From Novakomyces olei (Eukaryota), in assembly GCA_016906335.1 (NCBI GenBank), contig JADEYG010000005.1, positions 418,702-438,701 on the forward strand: DNA of 20,000 nt, given 5' to 3'. Position 1 is the first letter of the stretch, and each line of letters begins with the position of its first letter. The notes beneath the pieces are model-generated. The model made no database searches and had not been told where the DNA came from. It saw nothing but the letters and a program-made list of their open reading frames with translations. Position numbers and translations under genes: made by a program. This document shows, in pieces, positions 11,014-19,656 of this stretch.

Positions 11014-11160
11014 GAATTGAATTTAATTGAATATAATTTCAATTCAACTAATTTCATTTCAATCAATTTCATTTTTATTTTGATTTTGATTTTGATTTTG
11101 ATTTTCAATTCAATTCAATTCAATCAATTTCAATCAATTTCAATCAATTTCAATCAATTT
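11014..11160. repeat. Compound low-complexity tract (AATTG/AATTC, TTTTGA, CAAT/CAATTT units) immediately upstream of the OPY2-like ATG
   Basis: Read directly; ends ~10 nt before the ATG at 11171. Confidence 0.8.
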
Positions 11161-11170
11161 GAACACGAAA

Positions 11171-12334
11171 ATGCTTCTCTTTGGCCGCAGCTGTGTTACT
11201 TGCGACAGCACGAGCCCGTCTTGCCCTGTCTGTGCGCCCGACGAAGTATGTTCGCTCCAGGCACAGACGTGTACACAGTGCGCTCAGGCAGTGTGCATTA
11301 GTGTGAGCAGCAATAGCGGCAGTGGCGGCAGTAGCGGTCCAATTGCCTCAGTCCCTCGTCAGGCGGGGATCGGAATAGTCATTGGCACTGTCCTCGGAGG
11401 CGTTCTCGCCTGTGCGCTTATTGCCCTCGTCGTCTACAAGATCGCTCGCCGGCGCCAATTGCTTCGGCACTATGCTTCGGCTATAGCCCACGACGGCCAT
11501 ACGCGGGCTGCGGAAAAGCAGACGGAGGATTACTTGCCCGTTGAGTTTTTCGACGGAGGCAGTATCAACTCGGGCCGCGCTTCTTTAGCTTCCTCCCTCA
11601 TCTCTCGCGCCTCTAATATTATCCAAATTGGGTTTATCGGGTCACCACGCCGTTCACGTCATATTACTCTGGCGCGTAACGACGCGTCTGCCTCTGCTTC
11701 TGCTTACGCGTCTGCCGCTGTAGCATCGCCCTCGTCGCCAGAGCAACGGGGGTATATCTCCAATACGCACACGGGTGCTCCGCCAGTGCCCGAGATTCCA
11801 CACGTCTATACTCTGCCACCAAGACGGCTTTTCGCTGGCAGCAGTGATTCTGGTCAGAATTCTGGCCAAAATTCTGGTCAAAATTCTGAACGAGACTCGG
11901 CACTGCACCAGTCGCTCGTTGTGCTGGAAGAGGCGCCTCGGCCAATGCACGTGCAAAATGCTCGGCCCAAAGTTGTGTCGTTTAGTCACTTGCGTAATTT
12001 GGTTCCTCGAAGCATGAGCGACCAAAGTATTACGGAACTTGTACAAAGCCGGAGGAAGCAGGCACCTGCAAAGGCTGCAAACGACGGGCACAGTGAGCCT
12101 CAGGTCGAGCATCAAGAGGCAAAAACGTTGGTCCAGGCTGGACAAGCGACTACGGGTCGAGCGGAAGGAGAAGGAGAAGGAGAAGGAGCACTCGGGAGCA
12201 GTATTCCGGCCATCGATGAGGAGGATGGAGTAGAATTGGGGGAGCAGATTGGTGCTCGGGAGAGTCAAATGCCGCTAGAGAACGATGGGGATAAATCTAA
12301 TAGACATCAAGCACTAGGGCTGGGGAAGGAGTAA
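11171..12334 (+). CDS. OPY2: Opy2-like single-pass membrane anchor, 387 aa
   Basis: N-terminal 8-Cys domain CVTC..PSCPVC...EVC......CTQC....C typical of the Opy2 family and no cleavable signal peptide. TM helix IGIVIGTVLGGVLACALIALVVY is followed by basic KIARRR, and cytoplasmic ASNIIQIGFIG resembles the conserved Opy2 ASNVIPIAYIPG box. ATG at 11171 is in GAAAATG context (the track start at 11159 is TTG). Confidence 0.82.
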   Translation: MLLFGRSCVTCDSTSPSCPVCAPDEVCSLQAQTCTQCAQAVCISVSSNSGSGGSSGPIASVPRQAGIGIVIGTVLGGVLACALIALVVYKIARRRQLLRHYASAIAHDGHTRAAEKQTEDYLPVEFFDGGSINSGRASLASSLISRASNIIQIGFIGSPRRSRHITLARNDASASASAYASAAVASPSSPEQRGYISNTHTGAPPVPEIPHVYTLPPRRLFAGSSDSGQNSGQNSGQNSERDSALHQSLVVLEEAPRPMHVQNARPKVVSFSHLRNLVPRSMSDQSITELVQSRRKQAPAKAANDGHSEPQVEHQEAKTLVQAGQATTGRAEGEGEGEGALGSSIPAIDEEDGVELGEQIGARESQMPLENDGDKSNRHQALGLGKE

Positions 12335-12464
12335 ATATACTAAACAGACGCCAGGCCAGGTGGGCAGTGGTGGGAGAGGTTTTATCATAGGTCTTGTTAA
12401 ATAAGCATTTTCTTGTACATTAATACATTGAGTTTGGAGGCGTGCCGGGTCGAATCTCTCTAGG

Positions 12465-12557
12465 ACGCGTCGCGTAAAACGAATACTCGTTCTGCCGCGC
12501 CAAAGTTTAGGGTAGTTTAGGGTTAGTCAGAGGTTTATAGAGCGAGTATTAGGGTTT
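12465..12557. promoter_or_regulatory. Putative cis-regulatory module upstream of COX4: ACGCGT/TCGCGT (MCB-like) plus three TTAGGG (telobox-like) motifs
   Basis: ACGCGTCGCGT at 12465-12475; TTAGGG at 12507-12512, 12517-12522 (TTAGGGTTAG) and 12549-12554 (TTAGGGTTT, reverse complement AAACCCTAA). Function inferred. Confidence 0.4.
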
Positions 12558-12827
12558 AAACAGAATTGTCATTTATTCATTTAAATACAAGGCACACACG
12601 ATTACTTGTCGTTGTAGTGTGCAGCGCGTGGTATATAGTGTGGTATATAGTATACTGCCTCTGTGAAACAAGCAACACTGCGGCAGCATTACTTGCGCAG
12701 TCGTCCAACCAACGAAAACCCTTACATTGCACGGCAAAAGCTGTCGGACCACTACACAAACGTATACGAAAAAGGGAACCGGATCAAAACCTCGCAAGGC
12801 CCACAGAGCAATTGATACTTGAGCGCA

Positions 12828-13388
12828 ATGTTTGCAGTCCGCGGTCTTCGTCTGGCTGCCGTGAATGCTCGCTGTGCCTCAACGGCTTCTGCCGGCGTGG
12901 CAAAAGGAGTAGCGGCACAGCGGCTATTTTCGAGCTCTATGAGACGGATGGCAGACGCCCACGGGTCTACAAAGATCTCGCCGCGTGACGATGTCACTGT
13001 CGCTCAGGCATTGGAAGAATTGGAAAAAGTCGCAGAGACACGTGACCTGATTGCACCGGGAACAAAAGCTGGTTCCGTGCCGACTGATTACGAGCACGCT
13101 ACCGGTCTGGAGCGTTTGGAACTGCTTAGCAAGATTGCCGGAATGGACTTTTTCGACTTTTCTACTCTGCAAGCGGACCGCGTTGGTACTCTCAAAGACC
13201 CAATTGCTGTCGATTCTTTTCATCATACCCGCTACGTCGGCTGTACCGGATCACCCGCTGACTCACATCAAACGGTTTGGCTCACGCTGGGCCGTGATGC
13301 TTTCTCTCGCTGCCCAGAGTGCGGTTCTGTTTACAAGATGAATTATTTGGGCGAGGAGGAGGATCCAGAGCTGCTCCACCACCACTAG
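12828..13388 (+). CDS. COX4: Cytochrome c oxidase subunit 4 (yeast Cox4 / mammalian Vb), mitochondrial precursor, 186 aa
   Basis: Arg/Ala/Ser-rich presequence, GSVPTDYEHATGLERLELL, GTLKDPI, Zn ligands in YVGCTG..ADSH and RCPECGSVYK. ATG at 12828 (the track start at 12819 is TTG). Confidence 0.97.
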   Translation: MFAVRGLRLAAVNARCASTASAGVAKGVAAQRLFSSSMRRMADAHGSTKISPRDDVTVAQALEELEKVAETRDLIAPGTKAGSVPTDYEHATGLERLELLSKIAGMDFFDFSTLQADRVGTLKDPIAVDSFHHTRYVGCTGSPADSHQTVWLTLGRDAFSRCPECGSVYKMNYLGEEEDPELLHHH

Positions 13389-13759
13389 AATTGGGAGTAA
13401 AATTATCACATTAGCGAAGTTGTGTAGCAATAAGCAGCAATTACTATTTACTATAATCCATCCAGTATTATGGCCCAGTAGAGGGCGGACTTTGTCGATT
13501 TGTCACTTTGTCGATTTGAATTACAGTTTATTCATTGCGAGTCTACTAGTCTACACTGTGACTAACGCCATTGATATCTCCATTGATCAAGTTTTGTATG
13601 GGCCATGTGCTGCTTTGTGTTGGGTATAATGTCGCGTCGTTTTTATTGGTATAGTTGCTAAAATAATATCATTAAAACATACTAGTAGTAAGGCTTACTA
13701 TAGAGATGAAAAAATAAATAATAACATCCTTTAAACATACGAGGCTTAATATAGATGAT

Positions 13760-13766
13760 AAAAAAA
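13760..13766 (-). terminator. Pol III oligo-T terminator (T7) of the tRNA-Arg gene
   Basis: A7 run on the plus strand, 6 nt past the discriminator base. Confidence 0.75.
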
Positions 13767-13772
13767 TAATTA

Positions 13773-13846
13773 AGCCCCACGCGAGGGTCGAACTCGCAAC
13801 CTCCGCTTTAGAAGAGCGATGCGCTAACCAATTGCGCCAGCGGGGC
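13773..13846 (-). tRNA. trnR-UCU: tRNA-Arg, anticodon TCT, intronless, 74 nt
   Basis: Cloverleaf GCCCCGC-TG-GCGC-AATTGGTTA-GCGC-A-TCGCT-CT[TCT]AA-AGCGG-AGGTT-GCGAG-TTCGACC-CTCGC-GTGGGGC-T; all stems pair, A and B boxes intact. Confidence 0.96.
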
Positions 13847-14329
13847 GATACCCTAATCAAGGAATTCTCATGGACCATTACGCACGAGAATACTGCCAAT
13901 CTGAGATTTTTAAAAATATATTCTACATTAAATATTTAATTTTCATGTGAGATTTACCAATTCACTGCACCCATTAATCAAATGCCGATACGCACAAGTA
14001 CTTCTATATCCTTATCGTCGTCACTTAACAGACAAAACTAGATAAATTTGCTCAGACAACTACTAACTATGCTAAAAATTATAATATCCCATATTGTGCA
14101 ACCCAATTCGCTCCATGATTGCAATGCGCTCTGTAATAATCCATCCAGATGACGAAAAGAGCCCAAAAACAGCGTGTATACCAAACTTCTTGAATACCGT
14201 CTAAAAGCAATAGCAAACGTCACTTTGCCTCTCTCTCAGTCTCGCTGTATTTATAATGCCCAATATTGACACGAATACAGACACACGTTCTTTTGAGCAT
14301 CTCTCTTTTCTTTGCTTGGCGTCCTTGTT

Positions 14330-15325
14330 TCAAAAATTGACAGCTGCCCTATGATGTCGGCCTAAAAAGAGCGGTCCATGACCTGATCTCTCGGACATGG
14401 GTGCAGCTGGATCGTTGACAGGATGCATAAACTCGGAAGAATCAGAATCGTCGCTGCGACCCGATCGTCGGAAAGGCCACCAGCCCTTTATTCGGGCCAG
14501 GATAAGCAGTGTAATTAAAATAATCAAGAACCCTCCAACGCCGACAACAACGCCAACTACAATTCGGTTATTATGTGACAGTCCACTTTGCGAGTTGGAT
14601 GTTTCGTCACTGCTGCTCACTTCAGCAGCTCTTGTTGCTGAAGCATGTGCCGTAAATACAATAGTAGTGTAGCTCGTAAGTGGTGAGCCTCCCTGGGAAG
14701 TGGGCGAGGCTACAATGGCAACAGTACTGGTGTACACAGACGCAGAGTTCCCACTCTCAAGCGCAGTTTGAGCAGTGCTTGAGGCAGACGTGGTTGATTG
14801 TGGAGTCGATGAAGACGAGCTAGAAATTGTTGAGGAGGAGGTCGTAAACGTAGAAAGGCTCGTTAAAGTAGACGATGGAGTAGTCGAAGTTGACGAAACC
14901 GGGTCCGACGACGTGAAAAAGCTGGTTGAAAGTGAAGAAGAAGAAGAGTCTGTTGTAGTTGATGACTCTGTAGACGAAGGCGTAGAGGAAACAGTAGAGC
15001 TCTCATCTGTGGAAACGCTGGAAAACAATGAGCTTGAGCTTGTGCTTGTGCTGGTGCTGGTGCTTGTGACTGAACTGGACGGCGACGACTCGGTAGAGGA
15101 GCTCAGAGTCGTGGAAGGTGGTGCCGAGGAGGACGAGAACAGAGTCGAGCTGGAGGACAAGCCCGAAGATTGGGTATTGATCACGGTTGCATTGCCTTGA
15201 AAATCTTGGCGGCGTATTAGCTTTGCCCGGAAGCAGTTCCCCTCGTTTCCTTGGCAATCATAAGCGCAAGACACGGCCACTCGAGCTTCAAGCAGCAAAA
15301 GCAGCCATTTCAGACGCAAAAGCAT
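14330..15325 (-). CDS. MID2: Mid2/Mtl-family cell-wall-integrity sensor, 331 aa
   Basis: Signal peptide (MLLRLKWLLLLLEARVAVS), NAT sequon, long Ser/Thr-rich stalk, Mid2-type juxtamembrane/TM segment SGLSHNNRIVVGVVVGVGGFLIILITLLILA, short cytoplasmic tail ending in NF. No WSC domain. Confidence 0.75.
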   Translation of the reverse strand: MLLRLKWLLLLLEARVAVSCAYDCQGNEGNCFRAKLIRRQDFQGNATVINTQSSGLSSSSTLFSSSSAPPSTTLSSSTESSPSSSVTSTSTSTSTSSSSLFSSVSTDESSTVSSTPSSTESSTTTDSSSSSLSTSFFTSSDPVSSTSTTPSSTLTSLSTFTTSSSTISSSSSSTPQSTTSASSTAQTALESGNSASVYTSTVAIVASPTSQGGSPLTSYTTIVFTAHASATRAAEVSSSDETSNSQSGLSHNNRIVVGVVVGVGGFLIILITLLILARIKGWWPFRRSGRSDDSDSSEFMHPVNDPAAPMSERSGHGPLFLGRHHRAAVNF

Positions 15326-16489
15326 AATCCCTATTGATCAAGAGAGCCGCACCCAGAAAGGGTGGGTCCACACTACGTACCTCGCAAAGATTTCGGTAGA
15401 GTATAGTCGGTAGTGTGGTCAATTCGTTGAGTGGGGAAAATATAGAGGGACCAGCTTTAGAGTCGATTGGAGGAGTAAAAGTGCAGGACACTGAAGCGGC
15501 TAGAATCAGGTACCTCGGTGCATGGGCAACGAACGGTAAAGGCAGGCCTCCTCCCAATGCAACTTAAAAAAAGAAAAAGAAAAAGAAAAGAACAAAAGAC
15601 AAGAACAAATCGCACGGAAAGTGTACGACCTGGAGCAGATCGATGCTTTCGGCCACAATTTAGTGATCGTGAGACGCAAGCAAAAAACGGCAATAAGAAA
15701 GAATCAGGTAGACGGCTGTTCCGGTTACTTGGAACAATAAGATGGGTTTTATATTATGTACTCATTGAATGTAATGCATTTATTATAGTGGTGTGCAGCG
15801 TAAAGGAATTCTCAATGCAACCGGTGCAAGCGAAACCCCGCGCATCGTGCGTGATTCATACGAGCCTCAAACAAAATGGCCGATATTAGAATTAATAGAC
15901 AGTAGGGAGAAATATTGACAATTATCTTAATATTCGTTGCACATGACGAACGTGTCTGCCAAACGTACAAGTGTGATCGTTGCAAAGTACAATTAAGCTA
16001 TTGTGTGGCCTTTACATGGCCGCTAACGTTGCGTGTAGGCGCTTCTCACTTTTCCACTCATCCCCGATTGGGACGGGCCGGCCGTTATGCACGTGTATCA
16101 CGATAATCACTTTTATGTAAGATTGATATTGGAATCGACGAACAAGTAACATTGTACGAAAATTCACATACTAATACTAATAATAGTTGTTCACAGTTGA
16201 GTTTACAAGCCAGTAAATTAGCTTGAATGTCACCTAAATCTTGAAACAATAACTATTATTGTCGAAATATTCTATTATCCCCTCATGTTATCTTTTATCT
16301 ATCCAATTGTCATTTCAAATACATTTTTTGAGGCTTGTTTTCTTTTGCTCTCTTAGATATCTGTTTGATAATATAAAGGTATTTACACCGCTCAAGTAAG
16401 CTCTTTTATCTTTGGGGGATTCAGTCGGAGCTTTTGTGTGTTTGTATTTTAAATATTTTACTACAAGAAAATTTTCCAATTTTAAATAC

Positions 16490-16578
16490 AAATAATAGTA
16501 TTAATATTAATTAGTGTTGAATTAGTATTGTAATTAATATTAATATTAGTATTGTAATTATACTAATAGTTTAGTATT
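16490..16578. repeat. AT-rich tract with duplicated ATTAGTATTGTAATTA (16521-16536 and 16545-16560) and TTAATATTAA palindromes
   Basis: Read directly. Confidence 0.7.
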
Positions 16579-16857
16579 CTATCCAGACCCATTCATTATA
16601 AAACGCTATTAAACAAAACTGCACCCTTCACCTGCTGAGCCGCCTTTTCTTTCTAGCACTGCCTCCCCCCTCTGCAACACCGCCACTTTGTCATAACACC
16701 AAGTCCCCCTCAGCCAGAGGGGAACAAAGAATTGAACAAACTCACAAAGTAAGTAAAATTTAAACATAAGTAGAACATTAATAAATATAATAGACAAATT
16801 ATAATAGTGAGACCCAAAAAAGTAAAGGCAAGCATGAACCAACTGTCTTTTCGATTT

Positions 16858-19656
16858 CTACTTCAGCCCGAACCCATCCGTCCCGTCTAGAGCCTGCTGC
16901 AGCATGCTCTGCAACTTCTCCTTCGTGCTGTACCGTTGCAGGCACAACTGGCTAAAGCATGTGTGAGCAGTTGGATACCTATTCTCCTCTTCGCCGGTTA
17001 TACAAATACTAAACTCCATGTTGCTGGCACCTGCAGCAGGAATACGTTCGCATCCAGTAATAAACTGAATTATTTGCCGTTGATACTGGGCATTTGCGCT
17101 GCTCAATATTTCCCAAAACCAGGCGACAACGGGCTCGATTGCTCCGTCAGAGCCGTCAAACGACTCATACGTCGTAATCGCTTTCAGCTGAGCAATATCT
17201 AAATCCTCTGACGTACCTCGGACCATCATTTCAATCTCTTCTGGCCGGAACAACGAAAAAGCATTGCCGCCACAGACTTGCAAGAACCCACGCTTGAACG
17301 GCTCAAATTGTCGTGCTACGCCTTCCGTTAACACGTGAGATATGACTCGTTCAACATAGAGGAATCTGTTGGCAAAAGTAACGGGAATTCTGTCGCCCTT
17401 GGGCAGTAATGGAAGCACCCGTACTTTGCCATAATACGATTCTGTAAACGTAAAATCTAGCGCGCCATAGATGCGTGAAAACTCGTGCTCTCTGTCTTTT
17501 TGTTTTTCCTTGATTAAATGTTTTTCATTGTACTTTTCACTCTTTTCTTTTTCGCTTTTCTCTCTCTCACTTATGTCTTTATCATGCACGCCGTCATTCC
17601 CATACTCCAGCATCTTTTGCAAACCAGAGGCCAGTCCCGGCCGGACTTGAGCCAAGTCTTGCAGGGTCAATGGTAGACCCAGCAGCTTCTTGTAGCAAGC
17701 CAGGGGCAGAGGGACGTCTAGCACTGCTGAATTGTATATCGCCAGGCCCATTACTGCACCGACAAGATAATACTGCTGGCTGTTTTCCAGTGTTGCAGGA
17801 TTAAACCAGCAAGAGATAGCTCCATTGTTGCCAATACCATCGTCCTCTCTTACAAACATCCCATTTTGCGGGTTGAAAATGTCCCTGCAAACGAGGAGAA
17901 ACCATTCTTTCCGTAATCCACCAGCATCAACACCCATTTCATTGACGAATTCTATCTTTAGAGTTTTCTTTAGTTCGCGCTCTCGAAATGATACTTGCCG
18001 TAAACTGTCCTCCACCACACAATGCCGCCGTACTTGCAGTACCAAGTGAGGCTCGACCCGGGTCTTTGATAAAATAGACGTGAAAAAGGCATCCCTCGCC
18101 ATCATTTGCATTTGACGGCGAGCATCATACTCCAAAATTGTAGTCTTGGCTAACATTGAGAGGATAAAAGGATACTGGCAAAAGGAGAGACGACAAGTTC
18201 TCTGTTCCCATCGCTCATAGTCCGCTGGCAAATCCACAAAATCAATCATACTATTATAAAACTCACTCGCTTCTAGCCGCGGTACTTTTTGATTTGCTGC
18301 CCATAAAAGAGCCATCGTTTTAACTGCCGCCCTGATCGTCCAGTCATCATCGTACCGCCACGAACTTTCCTTGTTTGCCACAACGTACCGCCGATGCTTG
18401 GCCAGTCGACGCGTAATAAACATGTTTCCAAGTTCCACAAGGCGTCTAAACGCGTCCACGTTGTCCCGGTAGCCAGAGCAGCAAAGCCAATTCACTATAT
18501 AATGATGTAAATCGTTGGGAAGGCTGCCGAGTAGCCCGAAAATGTTTTTAAGCGCCCTGTAAGGTTCTATTTTTTTACCACGCTCAATCTGGTTTCCGCT
18601 GGTATTAGCATCAAGCTCTGTAGTGCTCGTTTTGGTGCTCGTTTTACTAGACACAACTCTACTAGAACAAAATTTATTCGCACTGCTGTTGATTGTCACC
18701 TTGATGTTTCCTCTCTTTGCTCCATCAGCGTCAGCGTTAGAACCGGTTGCACTGGCAGCACTAGACGAAGGAAATATAACCCGCTTTTCCCTTAAAAGTG
18801 GATGCTCTAAAAGAATTAAAAGAAATAAAATATCGCCCGGCTTTGTCGGCTTTATCCGCGGTCTCTGTAGCAAAACTTCAATGCCGCTCCACATTTTCGT
18901 CTTTACAAGGTCCGGCAGATCTTTGATCAAAGCATAAGCAGTCCTCAGATCGTCAAACGCTATGCCGGGATCGGAGATCGATACGCCCTTGCCACAAAGA
19001 AAACTGCGATTCAATATGGCCGGAGACGAGAAACAGCTGTTCAGTAGCTCAGCAGTGCTTCGCCAAGCCCCCTGTGAGGCATGGCAGTCACCCATTGTTT
19101 GCTGCACTGTACGCGATCGGTAAACCATGGCCTCTAAATGCGAAAGGGACAGAAACTGAAGATGTTTTGGTGAAGCATCTTCATCTATTACATCATTTTC
19201 ATCCGTTTCAGTCATAGTAATATCGTTGATAGTGGAGCAAACAGTGCAGCGGAAGCAGTGTGCATGTGAAGGATACTCGAGATCGCATCCGCAGCAGATA
19301 CAAGTCGCAACATGAACGTCGTTTTCCCGCTTTCTTTCACCATCGCTCTCGTCACTAGAATCTGAAAACTGAGCGCGGGCTCCAGAAGCCAGAGACACGT
19401 CTTCCTGCTTGCTTTGATTAGACAAAGAAAATTGGGAAGAGGGGAATTCGTGGTCCTCCGCCCGCTTGTTTTTTCGTGACGGAGAAAGCATGTGCAGCAA
19501 AGGCAGCGATAGCCTTCGAACAATTTTGTGGCCCCCACTTGAGCCCCCACTATTGGCTGCCCCACCTGCACTGTCCCCGGTTATCATAGCGCTGGCGCCA
19601 GTCGCCGATTTACGCCAAGGCCGCCGGTGCGATCGAGTTGCCACAGACGACGACAT
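16858..19656 (-). CDS. HUL4: HECT-domain E3 ubiquitin ligase, Hul4/Mug30-like, 932 aa, apparently intronless
   Basis: N-terminal zinc-ribbon-like CICCG..FRCTVC, then FCQYPFILS..K..ILEYDARRQM, HECT motifs LKIEFVNEMGVDAGGLRKEWF, FRPEEIE and FITGCERIP, and catalytic PTAHTCF. First in-frame ATG at 19656 in ACAAAATG context (the track start at 19698 is TTG). Confidence 0.9.
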   Translation of the reverse strand: MSSSVATRSHRRPWRKSATGASAMITGDSAGGAANSGGSSGGHKIVRRLSLPLLHMLSPSRKNKRAEDHEFPSSQFSLSNQSKQEDVSLASGARAQFSDSSDESDGERKRENDVHVATCICCGCDLEYPSHAHCFRCTVCSTINDITMTETDENDVIDEDASPKHLQFLSLSHLEAMVYRSRTVQQTMGDCHASQGAWRSTAELLNSCFSSPAILNRSFLCGKGVSISDPGIAFDDLRTAYALIKDLPDLVKTKMWSGIEVLLQRPRIKPTKPGDILFLLILLEHPLLREKRVIFPSSSAASATGSNADADGAKRGNIKVTINSSANKFCSSRVVSSKTSTKTSTTELDANTSGNQIERGKKIEPYRALKNIFGLLGSLPNDLHHYIVNWLCCSGYRDNVDAFRRLVELGNMFITRRLAKHRRYVVANKESSWRYDDDWTIRAAVKTMALLWAANQKVPRLEASEFYNSMIDFVDLPADYERWEQRTCRLSFCQYPFILSMLAKTTILEYDARRQMQMMARDAFFTSILSKTRVEPHLVLQVRRHCVVEDSLRQVSFRERELKKTLKIEFVNEMGVDAGGLRKEWFLLVCRDIFNPQNGMFVREDDGIGNNGAISCWFNPATLENSQQYYLVGAVMGLAIYNSAVLDVPLPLACYKKLLGLPLTLQDLAQVRPGLASGLQKMLEYGNDGVHDKDISEREKSEKEKSEKYNEKHLIKEKQKDREHEFSRIYGALDFTFTESYYGKVRVLPLLPKGDRIPVTFANRFLYVERVISHVLTEGVARQFEPFKRGFLQVCGGNAFSLFRPEEIEMMVRGTSEDLDIAQLKAITTYESFDGSDGAIEPVVAWFWEILSSANAQYQRQIIQFITGCERIPAAGASNMEFSICITGEEENRYPTAHTCFSQLCLQRYSTKEKLQSMLQQALDGTDGFGLK

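Noticed and set aside
10773..11301. ORFs with KIKIK and NFNQF repeats
   Set aside because: Translations of the low-complexity spacer
12446..12458. GGGTCGAATCT resembling a Pol III B box
   Set aside because: Mismatches the GTTCRA core; no A box or cloverleaf nearby
14775..15200. Acidic Val/Glu/Asp-rich plus-strand ORF
   Set aside because: Antisense shadow of the Ser/Thr codons in the Mid2-like stalk
16490..16578. AT-rich tract as a RIP-degraded transposon relic
   Set aside because: No terminal repeats, target-site duplication or coding remnant; better explained as local slippage repeats
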